DNA of 64,000 nucleotides from Macrostomum lignano. Taxonomy: Eukaryota. The number at the start of each line of letters is the position of its first letter. The first letter of the stretch is position 1. Made by a program: the position numbers and the translations under genes. Below, in pieces: positions 52,882-64,000 of the stretch. The stretch is taken from contig NIVC01001253.1 in the NCBI GenBank assembly GCA_002269645.1, positions 186,001-250,000 of the forward strand, written 5' to 3'. Under the pieces are notes generated by a model. That model was not told the origin of the DNA. It searched no databases and worked only from the letters and a program-made list of their open reading frames with translations.

Positions 52882-55800
52882 TTAAGCACCACCTTTGCCA
52901 GTCACCTCAAAAGTCTCCAACTCGCCCTCCAGTCGTATTGGCGGTCCTGCATCGGCTGGCGCAGCATCCCGCTGCAACCGACAAAGCCATCGGTCGTCGT
53001 CCTGTCGAGTGGTGCAGCCAGTCAACCGGGTGTTATTTATCACCGAAGCTCTGGCAGAGTCGAAGTCAGATGCTCCACTGTTGAATACATTGACGATTGA
53101 TGACGCCGGCTGCCAAGTGGCCAGGTATCCGTGAGGAAGTGCGTTTCTCTTAGTGGCATTGAGAATTATTCGCTGTGATAAATTGTCATCAAAACTAGTA
53201 GAAGATGAGCCCCGAGAAATTTCTCCTTGGTTGAACCCGCGCATCTGCGCTGCCAGGGCTTCGACTAGGACGGAACCGCCTGTGGAGAATGACGTCAGCG
53301 GTGACGTCAGTTTAGAAGTCGCGGCTTGTATGGACCGCAATGCCGGCTCGGCCAGCAGGTGAGGCAGGTCCAAGTTGAAGGCGCGCAACCAGAAGTCCGG
53401 CCGACCGACAGTGTTCGGACTGTAGACATCGTCCTCCGAGCCCTGCCACGGATCGAATGTGTAGAGGTCTAGCAGTTGGGGACTCGCGCTGGCCGGCTGC
53501 TGAGCCCTCGCCAGGCGCTGGAAGAGGTCGGAATAGTCCGGAGCCGCCCACAGGCCGGACACGGGATCGTAGACTCGAACCGGCAGCCGAGAGTCCGAGC
53601 GACTTGGCAGCCAGACCAGCTCCATGTCCGCGTCGTGCAGTCCGCCCAGATACCCAAACGGAAATCGGAACGGTAGTCGGTTAATCGATGGATTCAACAA
53701 CCGGCCCGAGTTGCTGTAGTCCTGTCGAAGCACACTGTCGCCTGTGGAGTTGAACACCGCCAATGGAGAGCCCAGTCGATCGCAGGCCACGTAGAATCGC
53801 TGGCTGCTACCTGCACTATTGGACAGGAGATCCACTGCCACGAGACGACCAGCTCGATCTTCGTAGGTGAAAGCCAACAACTGTTTCTTTCGAGGATAAT
53901 AGACGTGCGTTATCCGGTTTGGCTGAAGCGGATCTGCGTAAAGCAGCTGGAAATCACGGGTCGGCGTCAGCATGTCTTGACGTGCAACTAAGCGTTGTCG
54001 ACCGTCGTAGAGGTAGCGAATTCTGTAGCAGTCGCTAGCCCCGTTAATGCACTGCGCTGTCAACAGCTTTCCAGATGCGTCAAACTTGAAGCTCTCCTGA
54101 GCTCCTAGCGACTTAAGATCGCGGCGACGAGCGAGAAATCCGTCAGAGTCAAACATGTACTCAGCCTTGCCCACAGAAGTTGGCAGGCCCCGGGAGTCGT
54201 ACGAGTAAGAGTAGGTTCGATTTTGGCTGACGCGGCTAGCAAACCGACCGTTCGATTTGTATTCGAACTCCTCCCGGTCGACCGAGGCGCCTGGGACTTT
54301 GCGATCTACTCGGATCACTCGAGAGCGCAGATCACGGACGTACATGACGTTAGTGAACACATTGTCATCGTCCTTGCCGATGCGATGGGCCAATTCCTGC
54401 ACCCTGCCTACTGAATAGGCGTGAACCGACAGGACAAACACCCTTGCCGAAGCTACGTGAAGCATCGTATCCACTAGTCTGCCCAGGCTGTCGAAGCTGA
54501 TCTTCAGCGTGCTGATAGAATCGCTCAGCTCGATAAAGTGCTCACTCCGAGTGACGGTGTACGCGCGAGGTCCACTGCCCCAGAGTTTTGTCACGTAGCC
54601 TCGAGTCAGGTGACGAGTAGTGTTCAACACTGCAGTATGGCCACCGATGCTGGTCGACATCGAAGCAGTGAACAGCTGGTCCCCGTGATAAACAGGCCGA
54701 TGTATTACCGAAGCTAAGCCGCAAGCGGCATCAAACTCGACGGTCTCCTGAACTGGCAGCAACTGACTAGCGTAGGAAAGCTTCTGAGTCACACTGCAGG
54801 CTGGTGAAGAATGCTTGGTAGTCACGACAGCCAACTGTTTACTCGCCAGGTCGTAGGCAAACCTGATGCCAGTGTCCGATCGTTCGCCATCGTAGGAATT
54901 TTGCTCGGAAATTCGGCCGTCTTGCCGATACGACAGCACTAGTCGACGCTGTCTGCTGGGGTACAGCACCGACTCGAGTGCTTCGTCTGCGTTGTAATGG
55001 AAGACTGCAGCTCTGGCTGTGCCAAGCCAGGGCCAGTAGAGCAGTCGGTTTGAGCTCAGCGAAGAATGAGCTCGCAGCCTGATAGTACCAGTCGGGGTGA
55101 CAAGCCTGCCCAGACCGCCTGTTGACGGGTCGCGCTCGAATCGATAGGTCTGACCGGCTGGATCCGAGATGCGACCGGGCTGTGGGTTTTTGATTAGAAA
55201 TGGATCTTTTGGTTTCATATTTTTTCCTATTTGAATTACTAAACATATTTGTGAGCCATGCACACCAAATCAATCTCTTCTCTATGCACAACGGAAGCTG
55301 AGAAACAGAGCGGTAGCTTATCTAATTGTCGCATAAATGACCCCTGGTTCGAATTCGCGAGCGGCTACAATATCTTCTTATCGTCTTATTGAAATTTAAT
55401 GTCGTTATTGATTTTAATACACTCTTGATGGTCGCATATCACTCATGTGAATCACACAAGTCACTCTTGATGATCATAAGTTACCTTTGTTGATCCCACG
55501 TCATTATCGAAAGATACACGACGTTTGATTCGAATAGCTCTTATTAGAAACAACCTCAACCAAAGCTTTAACTATAAGAGACGCTACCTTCAATCAATGC
55601 ACTATTTACCATACATGTAGAAGAGTTGTCCGAGTAACCGAACCGATGCACTGCCAAGTCTTCCGAGCTGGTCGCGGACCCAGACGAGAAGTTCCGGGCC
55701 TCGGACACGAGTCTCCCAGCGCTGTCGTACTGTCGCTGGAGCCAGCCCTCTCGAGCGGTGCTCTCTGAGGCTGTGCGAGGCTTGTCGGCCCAGCGCATCT

Positions 55801-58371
55801 CCGACAGCTGGTTTCGACTGCGGGTTTCAAGTGGATTGTATTGGGTCATTAACGAGCTAGAATAAGTCACGTAAAAAATTTTCATAGTCGATGGCTTCTA
55901 AGAAACAAAAAGCTCACCATTAGAAGTGGCGTGTGATCATCAAGAGTGACTCGTGATCTTTAAGAGTGACGTTGTGATAATTAGAAGTGACGTGTGGTCA
56001 TTAGGGATGACGTGTGGTCATTAGGAGTTACGTGTGGTCATTAGGAGTGACGTGTGGTCATTAGGAGTGACGTGTGGTCATTAAGAGTGATGTGTGATCA
56101 TTAAGAGTGACGTGTGAGCATCTGAAGTGACCAATATGATTGTTAGGAGTGACGTGTAATCGAAAAAGAGGGTCGATATTATAAAGGAGCAGCGAGTTAC
56201 AGAATGATTTCACTCAGTGACACTGTCAATACCATAAAGAGCTATAATAAAGCAGATATACAGATGCATGTAAATGGACTCACTCTGTATACTTGAAGTA
56301 CACTGGTCTAAAAAATGACTTCTGAGCATTGGGAACCACCGACAGCGGTTGACCAAATGAGTTATAAACAATGCTAAACAGATGCTGAGCAGCTGATGAA
56401 GCTGACAGATGATTAGAATCGTAACCGAAATACGCGGCTGTCAAACGCTGATCATGATGTCGATTAAAAGTCACGCCAAGCGTAGGTCTCGAATTTACCT
56501 TGAGGAATGGAGTATAATATAGTATAATATATATATATATCGCTCTTTGCTTTTATTTCTACTTGCAGTAGGCTAAATAGGTCCCAAAATCAGTTTCTAG
56601 CCTATTAAACCCATGTTATTCATGCAAACGGTCTAAACTTCTGCAAATGTCTTCTACAAGAAAAACTGCAAAATGAGCTACCTTTTTAGGAAGTTGCCAT
56701 TTTGTCAAGTCAAACGTGACAATACCTAATTATTTATTAATTACCAGATAGCACGCGATTGAAACGTTGGCGTTCTAGTGTTTACGGTAGTGTTCTAGTG
56801 TCGGTAACGACTGACTGCATAGACAATGAAAATAAAACATAACGAGGGTACAAAATTCTGCTGAATGACAGATTGTGTGATTGTCTAGTCAATAGAAATT
56901 CAATAGAAACTTTCGGGCTTGTTGAAGCAAGTAGCTTAGCATATAATACTTGTCACTCTATGGGAATAAATTTAGGATGGGGATTGAAGTAAAATTAAGT
57001 CGGTAGGATTAGAAAGATGGGCGAGATAGAACAATTTGACAAGTGAGAGAGATAATCAAATGAGAGAAAGAGATAGAGATTATGAGTGAGATTAGAGACA
57101 GGAGTGAGATTAGAGAGGTGAGATGAGAGAGAGTTAATTAGATTGGGAGACTGAGATTAGAGATTATGAGTGAGGTTAGAGACAGGATTGAGATTAGAGA
57201 GGTGAGATGAGAGAGAGTTAATTAGATTGGGAGACTGAGATTAGAGATTATAAGTGAGGTTAGAGACAGGGGTGAGATTAGAGAGGTGAGATGAGAGAGA
57301 GTTAATTAGATTGGGAGACTGAGATTAGAGATTATGAGTGAGGTTAGAGACAGGAGTGAGATTAGAGAGGTGAGATGAGAGACAGTTAATTAGATTGGGA
57401 GACTGAGATTAGAGAAGGAGATTAGAAAGTGGGTTAAGATTCGAGAGAATGGGTGAGATTAGAGAAGATTAGACAGTGGGTTGAGATTCAAAAGAAGGGG
57501 TGAGATCAGAGAAGGAGATTAGACAGTGGGTTGAGATTCAAAAGAAGGGGTGAGATCAGAGAAGGAGATTAGACAGTGGGTTGAGATTCAAAAGAAGGGG
57601 TGAGATCAGAGAAGGAGATTAGACAGTGGGTTGAGATTCAAAAGAAGGGGTGAGATCAGAGAAGGAGATTAGACAGTGGGTTGAGATTCAAAAGAAGGGG
57701 TGAGATCAGAGAAGGAGATTAGACAGTGGGTTGAGATTCAAAAGAAGGGGTGAGATCAGAGAAGGAGATTAGACAGTGGGTTGAGATTCAAAAGAAGGGG
57801 TGAGATCAGAGAAGGAGATTAGACAGTGGGTTGAGATTCAAAAGAAGGGGTGGGATCAGAGAAGGAGATTAGACAGTGGGTTGAGATTCAAAAGAAGGGT
57901 TCAATTTAGAGAAGGAGATTAGAGAGTGGGTTGAGATTCAAAAGAAGGGTTCAATTTAGAGAAGGAGATTAAAGAGTGGGTTGAGATCCGAGAGAGGGAA
58001 TCGGGAATGATATGGAGAGACGATAATAGAGAATACAATCGTTATTATCTAACAGAACTCCAGTTCACCTAGAAGTCATTAAAGAACACCAAACTCCCAA
58101 CCAGACCCAGTCAGGCTCACCATCAGACTCATCTGACCGGAAGTGTACACCCATTCGGATCGATGCTTCAACGCGCTGGCATCCAGTCCATCAGACGACC
58201 GTCCCAATCGAATCGTTCGGCGCCATCTTGTAGTACCACCGCTGTTGCCGCTGGCAGTTGTCCCAGATGTTAGGAATTTGATGGAACAGTTTCGGCAGGT
58301 CAGGTGAGCAGTGAGACGGCGACTGCCATTCGGTAGGTTCGACTCCGCGACTGACTGCAGAGCTGGGAGGT
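52882..58371 (-). CDS. ten: Teneurin (YD/RHS-repeat shell region), 3' exons
   Basis: Exons 58371-58121, 56498-56284, 55817-55588 and 55157-52882 are phase-compatible. YD repeats; teneurin-like RFYVACDRLGSPLAVFNSTG, FGYLGGLHD, YDPVSGLWAAPD and VNSRPTLGVTFNR. Further upstream exons are probable (e.g. 59629-59558) but unresolved. Confidence 0.88.
55920..56160. repeat. 20-bp minisatellite CATTAGGAGTGACGTGTGGT
   Basis: Directly visible; intronic. Confidence 0.9.
57080..57990. repeat. Purine-rich compound minisatellite (~80-bp units then 50-bp units)
   Basis: Directly visible. Confidence 0.94.
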
Positions 58372-58489
58372 CTGGGGAGAGTGGAAAGAATACTTTTTTA
58401 CTTAAATTGTTTTGCTTTAAGTGCATTTACCTAAGTGAATGGGTACTGAGAAGACAAATGAAGGTTAGTTGATACTAAAGAGGAGAGGT

Positions 58490-59045
58490 AGACAGGTAGA
58501 GGGGACCAGAGTTAGACTCTGAGTGAGAGAGAGAATTAGACACTAAAGGGGAGATAGATGTAGACACTGAGGGAGAGATAGAAGTAGACACCGAGGGAGA
58601 GATAGAAGTAGACACTGAATGAGAGATAGAAGTAGACACTAAAGGGGAGATAGATGTAGACACTGAGGGAGAGATAGAAGTAGACACTGAGGGAGAGAGA
58701 GAGAAGTAGACACTGAGGCAGAGAGAGAGAGAGAGAAGTAGACACTGAGGGAGAGAGAGATAAGTGGACACTGGGGTATAGAGAGAAGTATACACTGTCG
58801 GAGAGAGAGAAGTAGATAGTGAGGGAGAGAGATAGAAGTAGACACTGGGGGTCAGAGAGAAGTAGACACTGGGGGTCAGAGAGAAGTAGACACTGGGGGT
58901 CAGAGAGAAGTAGACACTGGGGGCTGGGGTCAGAGAGAAGTAGACACTGGGGGTCAGAGAGAAGTAGACACTGAGGGTAAGGGAGAAGTAGACACTGAAA
59001 GAGATAAAGAGAAGTAGGCACTAAGGGAGAGATAGGTAGAAGAGA
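58490..59045. repeat. ~24-bp purine-rich minisatellite GAGAGAAGTAGACACTGAGGGA
   Basis: Directly visible. Confidence 0.92.
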
Positions 59046-59711
59046 AAGAGACATAACAAGAGACTATGAGACAGACCCAGGTACAGGTAGGCCTATGCTA
59101 CAAAAGACCCATCTATAAGACGAAAGCCCCAGCGTTCGCTCTTTGATCGCCTACCAGAGCGCACCCGAATAACAAAGCTGATTAACCAGATTCAGTCGCT
59201 GATTAAAAAAAGATTCTCCATTCCCCTCTCTCTATGAGAGGGCGATACGAGATTTCGCTACATCAAACGAGAAGAGGTTAATAATTATGATGAAGAGACA
59301 GATTCCTGTATGGTGGGGGGGGGGTTTCGATTTGCTTTGTGAAACAAAAAACACATGAAATGATTCAGCCTCTCAGTGTTACCGATATCTAGGCCGAAAC
59401 TACATGGTACTAGAGCTCGTGTTTTCTATCGAAATTGGAGAACTATTTGGTTGGTCTTTGTGTGAGCGACTTCGGGATCTTAATGAATTCTATCTAATAT
59501 TTAGAAACGTGACCCGTGATGCTCGTGATGCTTTTCTAGATTCGAAATGAGAAAGACCTTGATGAAGAAGATGAAGTTTCGTTTGGAGGTGTCTAAACAA
59601 CACGACCGACGATTCGCGTTTGCTAATACCTAAATGACCAGATCCTTATAATAGAATTTTAGGATAATAAACAAACTAGCAATCTAGTACCTTCCTTCGG
59701 GGCGCACAATA

Positions 59712-60165
59712 GCATCCCCCAGATAGCAAGCATCCCCCAGATAGCAAGCATCCCCCAGATAGCAAGCATCCCCCAGACAGCAAGCATCCCCCAGACAGCA
59801 AGCATCCCCCAGACAGCAAGCATCCCCCAGATAGCAAGCATCCCCCAGATAGCAAGCATCCCCCAGATAGCAAGCATCCCCAGATAGCAAGCATCCCCCA
59901 GATAGCAAGCATCCCCTCAGATAGCAAGCATCCCCTCAGATAGCAAGCATCCCTCAGATAGCAAGCATCCCCCAGATAGCAAGCATCCCCCTCAGATAGC
60001 AAGCATCCCCTCAGATAGCAAGCATCCCCCTCAGATAGCAAGCATCCCCCTCAGATAGCAAGCATCCCCCTCAGATAGCAAGCATCCCCCTCAGATAGCA
60101 AGCATCCCCCAGATAGCAAGCATCCCCCAGATAGCAAGCATCCCCCTAAGATAGCAAGCATTCCC
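59712..60165. repeat. 18-bp minisatellite GCATCCCCCAGATAGCAA
   Basis: Directly visible. Confidence 0.96.
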
Positions 60166-60841
60166 CAGAAACCAAATTTCTTCAGGTATAAATGATATAT
60201 TTTATTCAAAAGCTCAGGTGCTCAGACTTGAGTATCCCCTAATTATATTTGACAAGCAATTGGAGTAGAGTGTCCCATGTATCCTAGCAATCCAATCAAT
60301 CAATGGATAATCAAACAGTTGAAGCAGTTTTCTGAGAAATCTCTCTCCTCACATTTTCCCATCAATAGATTTCAAACAAGACTCTTCATTTCCAGTTGAT
60401 TGACAGTTCTTTATAAAATTACTGCCATTAGGTTTAATCACATTTTAAAGGAAAAAATTGGTTGTGCATATGACTCACAGGTAATTTGGCAAGAAGAGTG
60501 TAAATGTTGACAGCTCTATTTGAGCTGCAAAAATGCTGCTCTGCTACTGAAAGCAGACAGGATAGGAGTGATAGGAGTGGGGGACAATAGGCATTCAGTT
60601 CCTCTTCTTTATGGTACGCGGCGCTTGTGCACGCCCTGCAGTGCCATCCCCCTACGCGCCAGGGGGAAATGACGCTTTTTTATGTCGGTGCTAACTTTGT
60701 CACCTGTCAATTTACAATGAGCATGCGGGTGCGCTGCGGATGGGAGGCGGGCAGGTGGAACTCCCACACCCAGCTTCTGAGAGCCCTGTGTCAAGATATG
60801 TCACGGCGGTAGGCATTTAGAAACTGGGACAGGCGCAATAT

Positions 60842-60951
60842 AGACAGACAGACAGAAAGACCTACAGACAGACAGACAGACAGAAAGACCTACAGACAGA
60901 CAGACAGACAGACAGAAAGACCTACAGACAGACAGACAGACAGAAAGACCT

Positions 60952-61028
<77 letters not shown>

Positions 61029-61041
61029 TACTAAGACAAAC

Positions 61042-61137
<96 letters not shown>

Positions 61138-61138
61138 T
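60842..61138. repeat. (GACA)n microsatellite
   Basis: Directly visible. Confidence 0.98.
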
Positions 61139-61974
61139 AGTCCAGTTTGATCAGCAGGATCAGTTTCAAGTGAAACGTCAATCAGAATGCCTGGGTAAGC
61201 AGGGGCTTCGCTCCGAGGTGTTAGCAGCGGTAAGAGTCGCGCGCAGTTCCTGTTTTACTCCCAGACAAGGCTTCTCACGCCATCGATTTTCCAGGAATCT
61301 CCACTCCGGGCTTCTTTCGAGATTTTCTAGCCGTATAGGTTTTTACTAAAAGTTTGAAAAAAACCTTTTTCTACACTTTTCAACAACAGGAAGACGCGAG
61401 GTCAGCTGGTGTAGTTTTTTTGTTAGTCGCAACATCCCGAGATCGCGTACCTCCAGTGAAAGCAGCTCCTGTACCTAGAAATTCTCACAATCAAAACAAT
61501 GAGGATTTTGCTTTTTTCACAGAGGAAAAAATCTACAAAAAGCACTCACGCCAGTCTTTGTTAATTCAGCTTGAACCCCTGACGGCGGGGCGGCATTTGG
61601 GATTTTCATTCAGACCATTGGGACGCGACTCAACAAGGTCCTAATCCTGCACAGTGAAAGCGCTGTATGACTAATGTGCTCAACTGTGAAGTGTTTGACA
61701 AACGATCCGGAGCTGTGTGCTCTGCTTAACACCCGGGGCCCAAGTGAAGGGTGCTGTCGTGCGCAAGTGTCAGTTTGCCTTCCCGTGAAGTGGGCGTTTG
61801 AACTGCTAATGTGACCTGCCTGAGGCCAGCTCAAGCGAACTGGGAAAGTAACTGAGCATCATGGACCACTTTTTTATTTGACGATAAATAATATATGTAC
61901 TAGTAAGCATGATAATATTACATTCTATTTGTTGCCAAGAGGATTGCCAAGATGTGTGTGAGTGAGTATCATCT

Positions 61975-64000
61975 AGAATGATACCAAACTAGAATGATAC
62001 CAAACTAGAATGATACCAAACTAGAATGATCCCAAACTAGAATGATACCACACTAGATGATCCCAAACTAGAATGATCCCAAACTAGAATGATCCCAAAC
62101 TAGAATGATCCCAAACTAGAATGATCCCAAACTAGAATGATCCCAAACTAGAATGATACCAAACTAGAATGATACCAAACTAGAATGATCCCAAACTAGA
62201 ATGATACCACACTAGATGATCCCAAACAAGAATGATCCCAAACTAGAATGATCCCAAACTAGATGATCCTAAACTAGAATGATACCAAACTAGAATGATC
62301 CCAAACTAGATGATCCCAAACTAGAATGATCCCAAACTAGATGATCCCAAACTAGAATGATACCAAACTAGATGATCCCAAACTAGAATGATCTCAAACT
62401 AGAATGTTACCAAACTAGAATGATACCAAACTAGAATGATCCCAAACTAGATGATCCCAAACTAGAATGATCCCAAACTAGAATGATCCCAAACTAGATG
62501 ATCCCAAACTAGAATGATACCAAACTAGAATGATACCAAACTAGAATAATCCCAAACTAGAATGATACCAAACTATATTGATTCAAACTAGATTGATTCA
62601 AACTAGATTGATTCAAACTAGAATGATCCCAAACTAGATGATCCCAAACTAGAATGATCCCAAACTAGAATGATCCCAAACTAGAATGATACCAAACTAT
62701 ATTGATTCAAACTAGATTGATTCAAACTAGATTGATTCAAACTAGAATGATCCCAAACTAGAATGATCCCAAACTAGAATGATCCCAAACTAGAATGATC
62801 CCAAACTAGAATGATCCCAAACTAGAATGATCCCAAACTAGAATGATCCCAAACTAGATGATACCAAACTAGAATGATCCCAAACTAGATGATACCAAAC
62901 TAGAATGATCCCAAACTAGAATTATACCAAACTAGATGATCCCAAACTAGAATGATACCAAACTAGATGATCCCAAACTAGAATGATCCCAAACTAGAAT
63001 GATCCCAAACTAGATGATCCCAAACTAGAATGATACCAAACTAGAATGATACCAAACTAGAATAATCCCAAACTAGAATGATACCAAACTAGATGATCCC
63101 AAACTAGAATGATACCAAACTAGATGATCCCAAACTAGAATGATCCCAAACTAGAATGATACCAAACTAGAATAATCCCAAACTAGAATGATACCAAACT
63201 AGATGATCCCAAACTAGAATGATCCCAAACTAGATGATCCCAAACTAGAATGATCCCAAACTAGATGATCCCAAACTAGAATGATCCCAAACTAGAATGA
63301 TACCAAACTAGATGATCCCAAACTAGAATGATACCAAACTAGATGATCCCAAACTAGAATGATCCCAAACTAGAATGATCCCAAACTAGAATGATCCCAA
63401 ACTAGATGATCCCAAACTAGAATGATACCAAACTAGAATGATACCAAACTAGAATAATCCCAAACTAGAATGATACCAAACTATATTGATTCAAACTAGA
63501 TTGATTCAAACTAGATTGATTCAAACTAGAATGATCCCAAACTAGATGATCCCAAACTAGAATGATCCCAAACTAGAATGATCCCAAACTAGAATGATAC
63601 CAAACTAGATGATCCCAAACTAGAATGATCCCAAACTAGATGATCCCAAACTAGAATGATCCCAAACTAGATGATACCAAACTAGAATGATCCCAAACTA
63701 GAATTATACCAAACTAGAATGATCCCAAACTAGAATAATCCCAAAATAGAATGATCCCAAACTAGATTTATCCCAAACTAGAATGATCTCAACCTAGATT
63801 GATCCCAAAGTAAAATGATCCAAAACTAGAATAATCCAAAACTATATTGATTCAAACTAGAATGATCCCAAAGTATAATAATCCCAAACCAGAATAATCC
63901 CAAACTAGAATGATCTCAAACTATAATAATTCCAAACTAGAATGATCCCAAACTAGATTGATCCCAAACTAGAATGATCCCAAACTAGAATGATCCCAAA
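61975..64000. repeat. 15/16-bp satellite AATGATCCCAAACTAG running off the window end
   Basis: Directly visible. Confidence 0.98.

Noticed and set aside
52882-55263. Bacterial Rhs/YD toxin gene or recent HGT
   Set aside because: It splices in phase to upstream exons with teneurin-specific motifs; YD repeats are an ancestral teneurin feature.
55300-55370. tRNA-like B-box (GGTTCGAATTC)
   Set aside because: No cloverleaf or SINE body; too degenerate to call.
59500-61850. Candidate additional teneurin exons (59629-59558, ~60790-60700, ~61250-61140, ~61840-61700)
   Set aside because: Acceptor-like sites and open frames exist, but phases and homology could not be fixed by eye, so they were not annotated.

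Overview
Eukaryotic (animal) genomic DNA with spliceosomal GT-AG introns, GC-rich exons, and introns and intergenic spaces packed with micro- and minisatellites. There is one assembly gap (12568-13534). The composition and repeat style suggest a free-living flatworm such as Macrostomum (inference). Hand-spliced gene models, left to right: a 2-exon clan-2 cytochrome P450 (+); a decayed WSC+PAN gene (-); the 3' part of a haspin kinase with three 1-bp deletions (+); a secreted Cys-rich Argos/giant-lens-like protein (-); a 6-exon BTB + NPH3-domain protein of the normally plant-type NRL family (+); a convergent inverted pair of Crumbs-like EGF/LamG genes with complementary defects (copy A intact but ending after exon 3, copy B full length but with an in-frame TAG in exon 2 and a non-canonical tail); and the 3' half of a teneurin that appears to lack the Tox-GHH/TCAP end (-). 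A tRNA-headed Deu/Nin-type SINE and a hAT-like MITE family are also present. A recurring, unexplained pattern is that several minisatellites are built from the host gene's own splice sites or stop codon, and two repeat pairs flank exons in inverted orientation. All family assignments are by eye from motifs; no searches were run.
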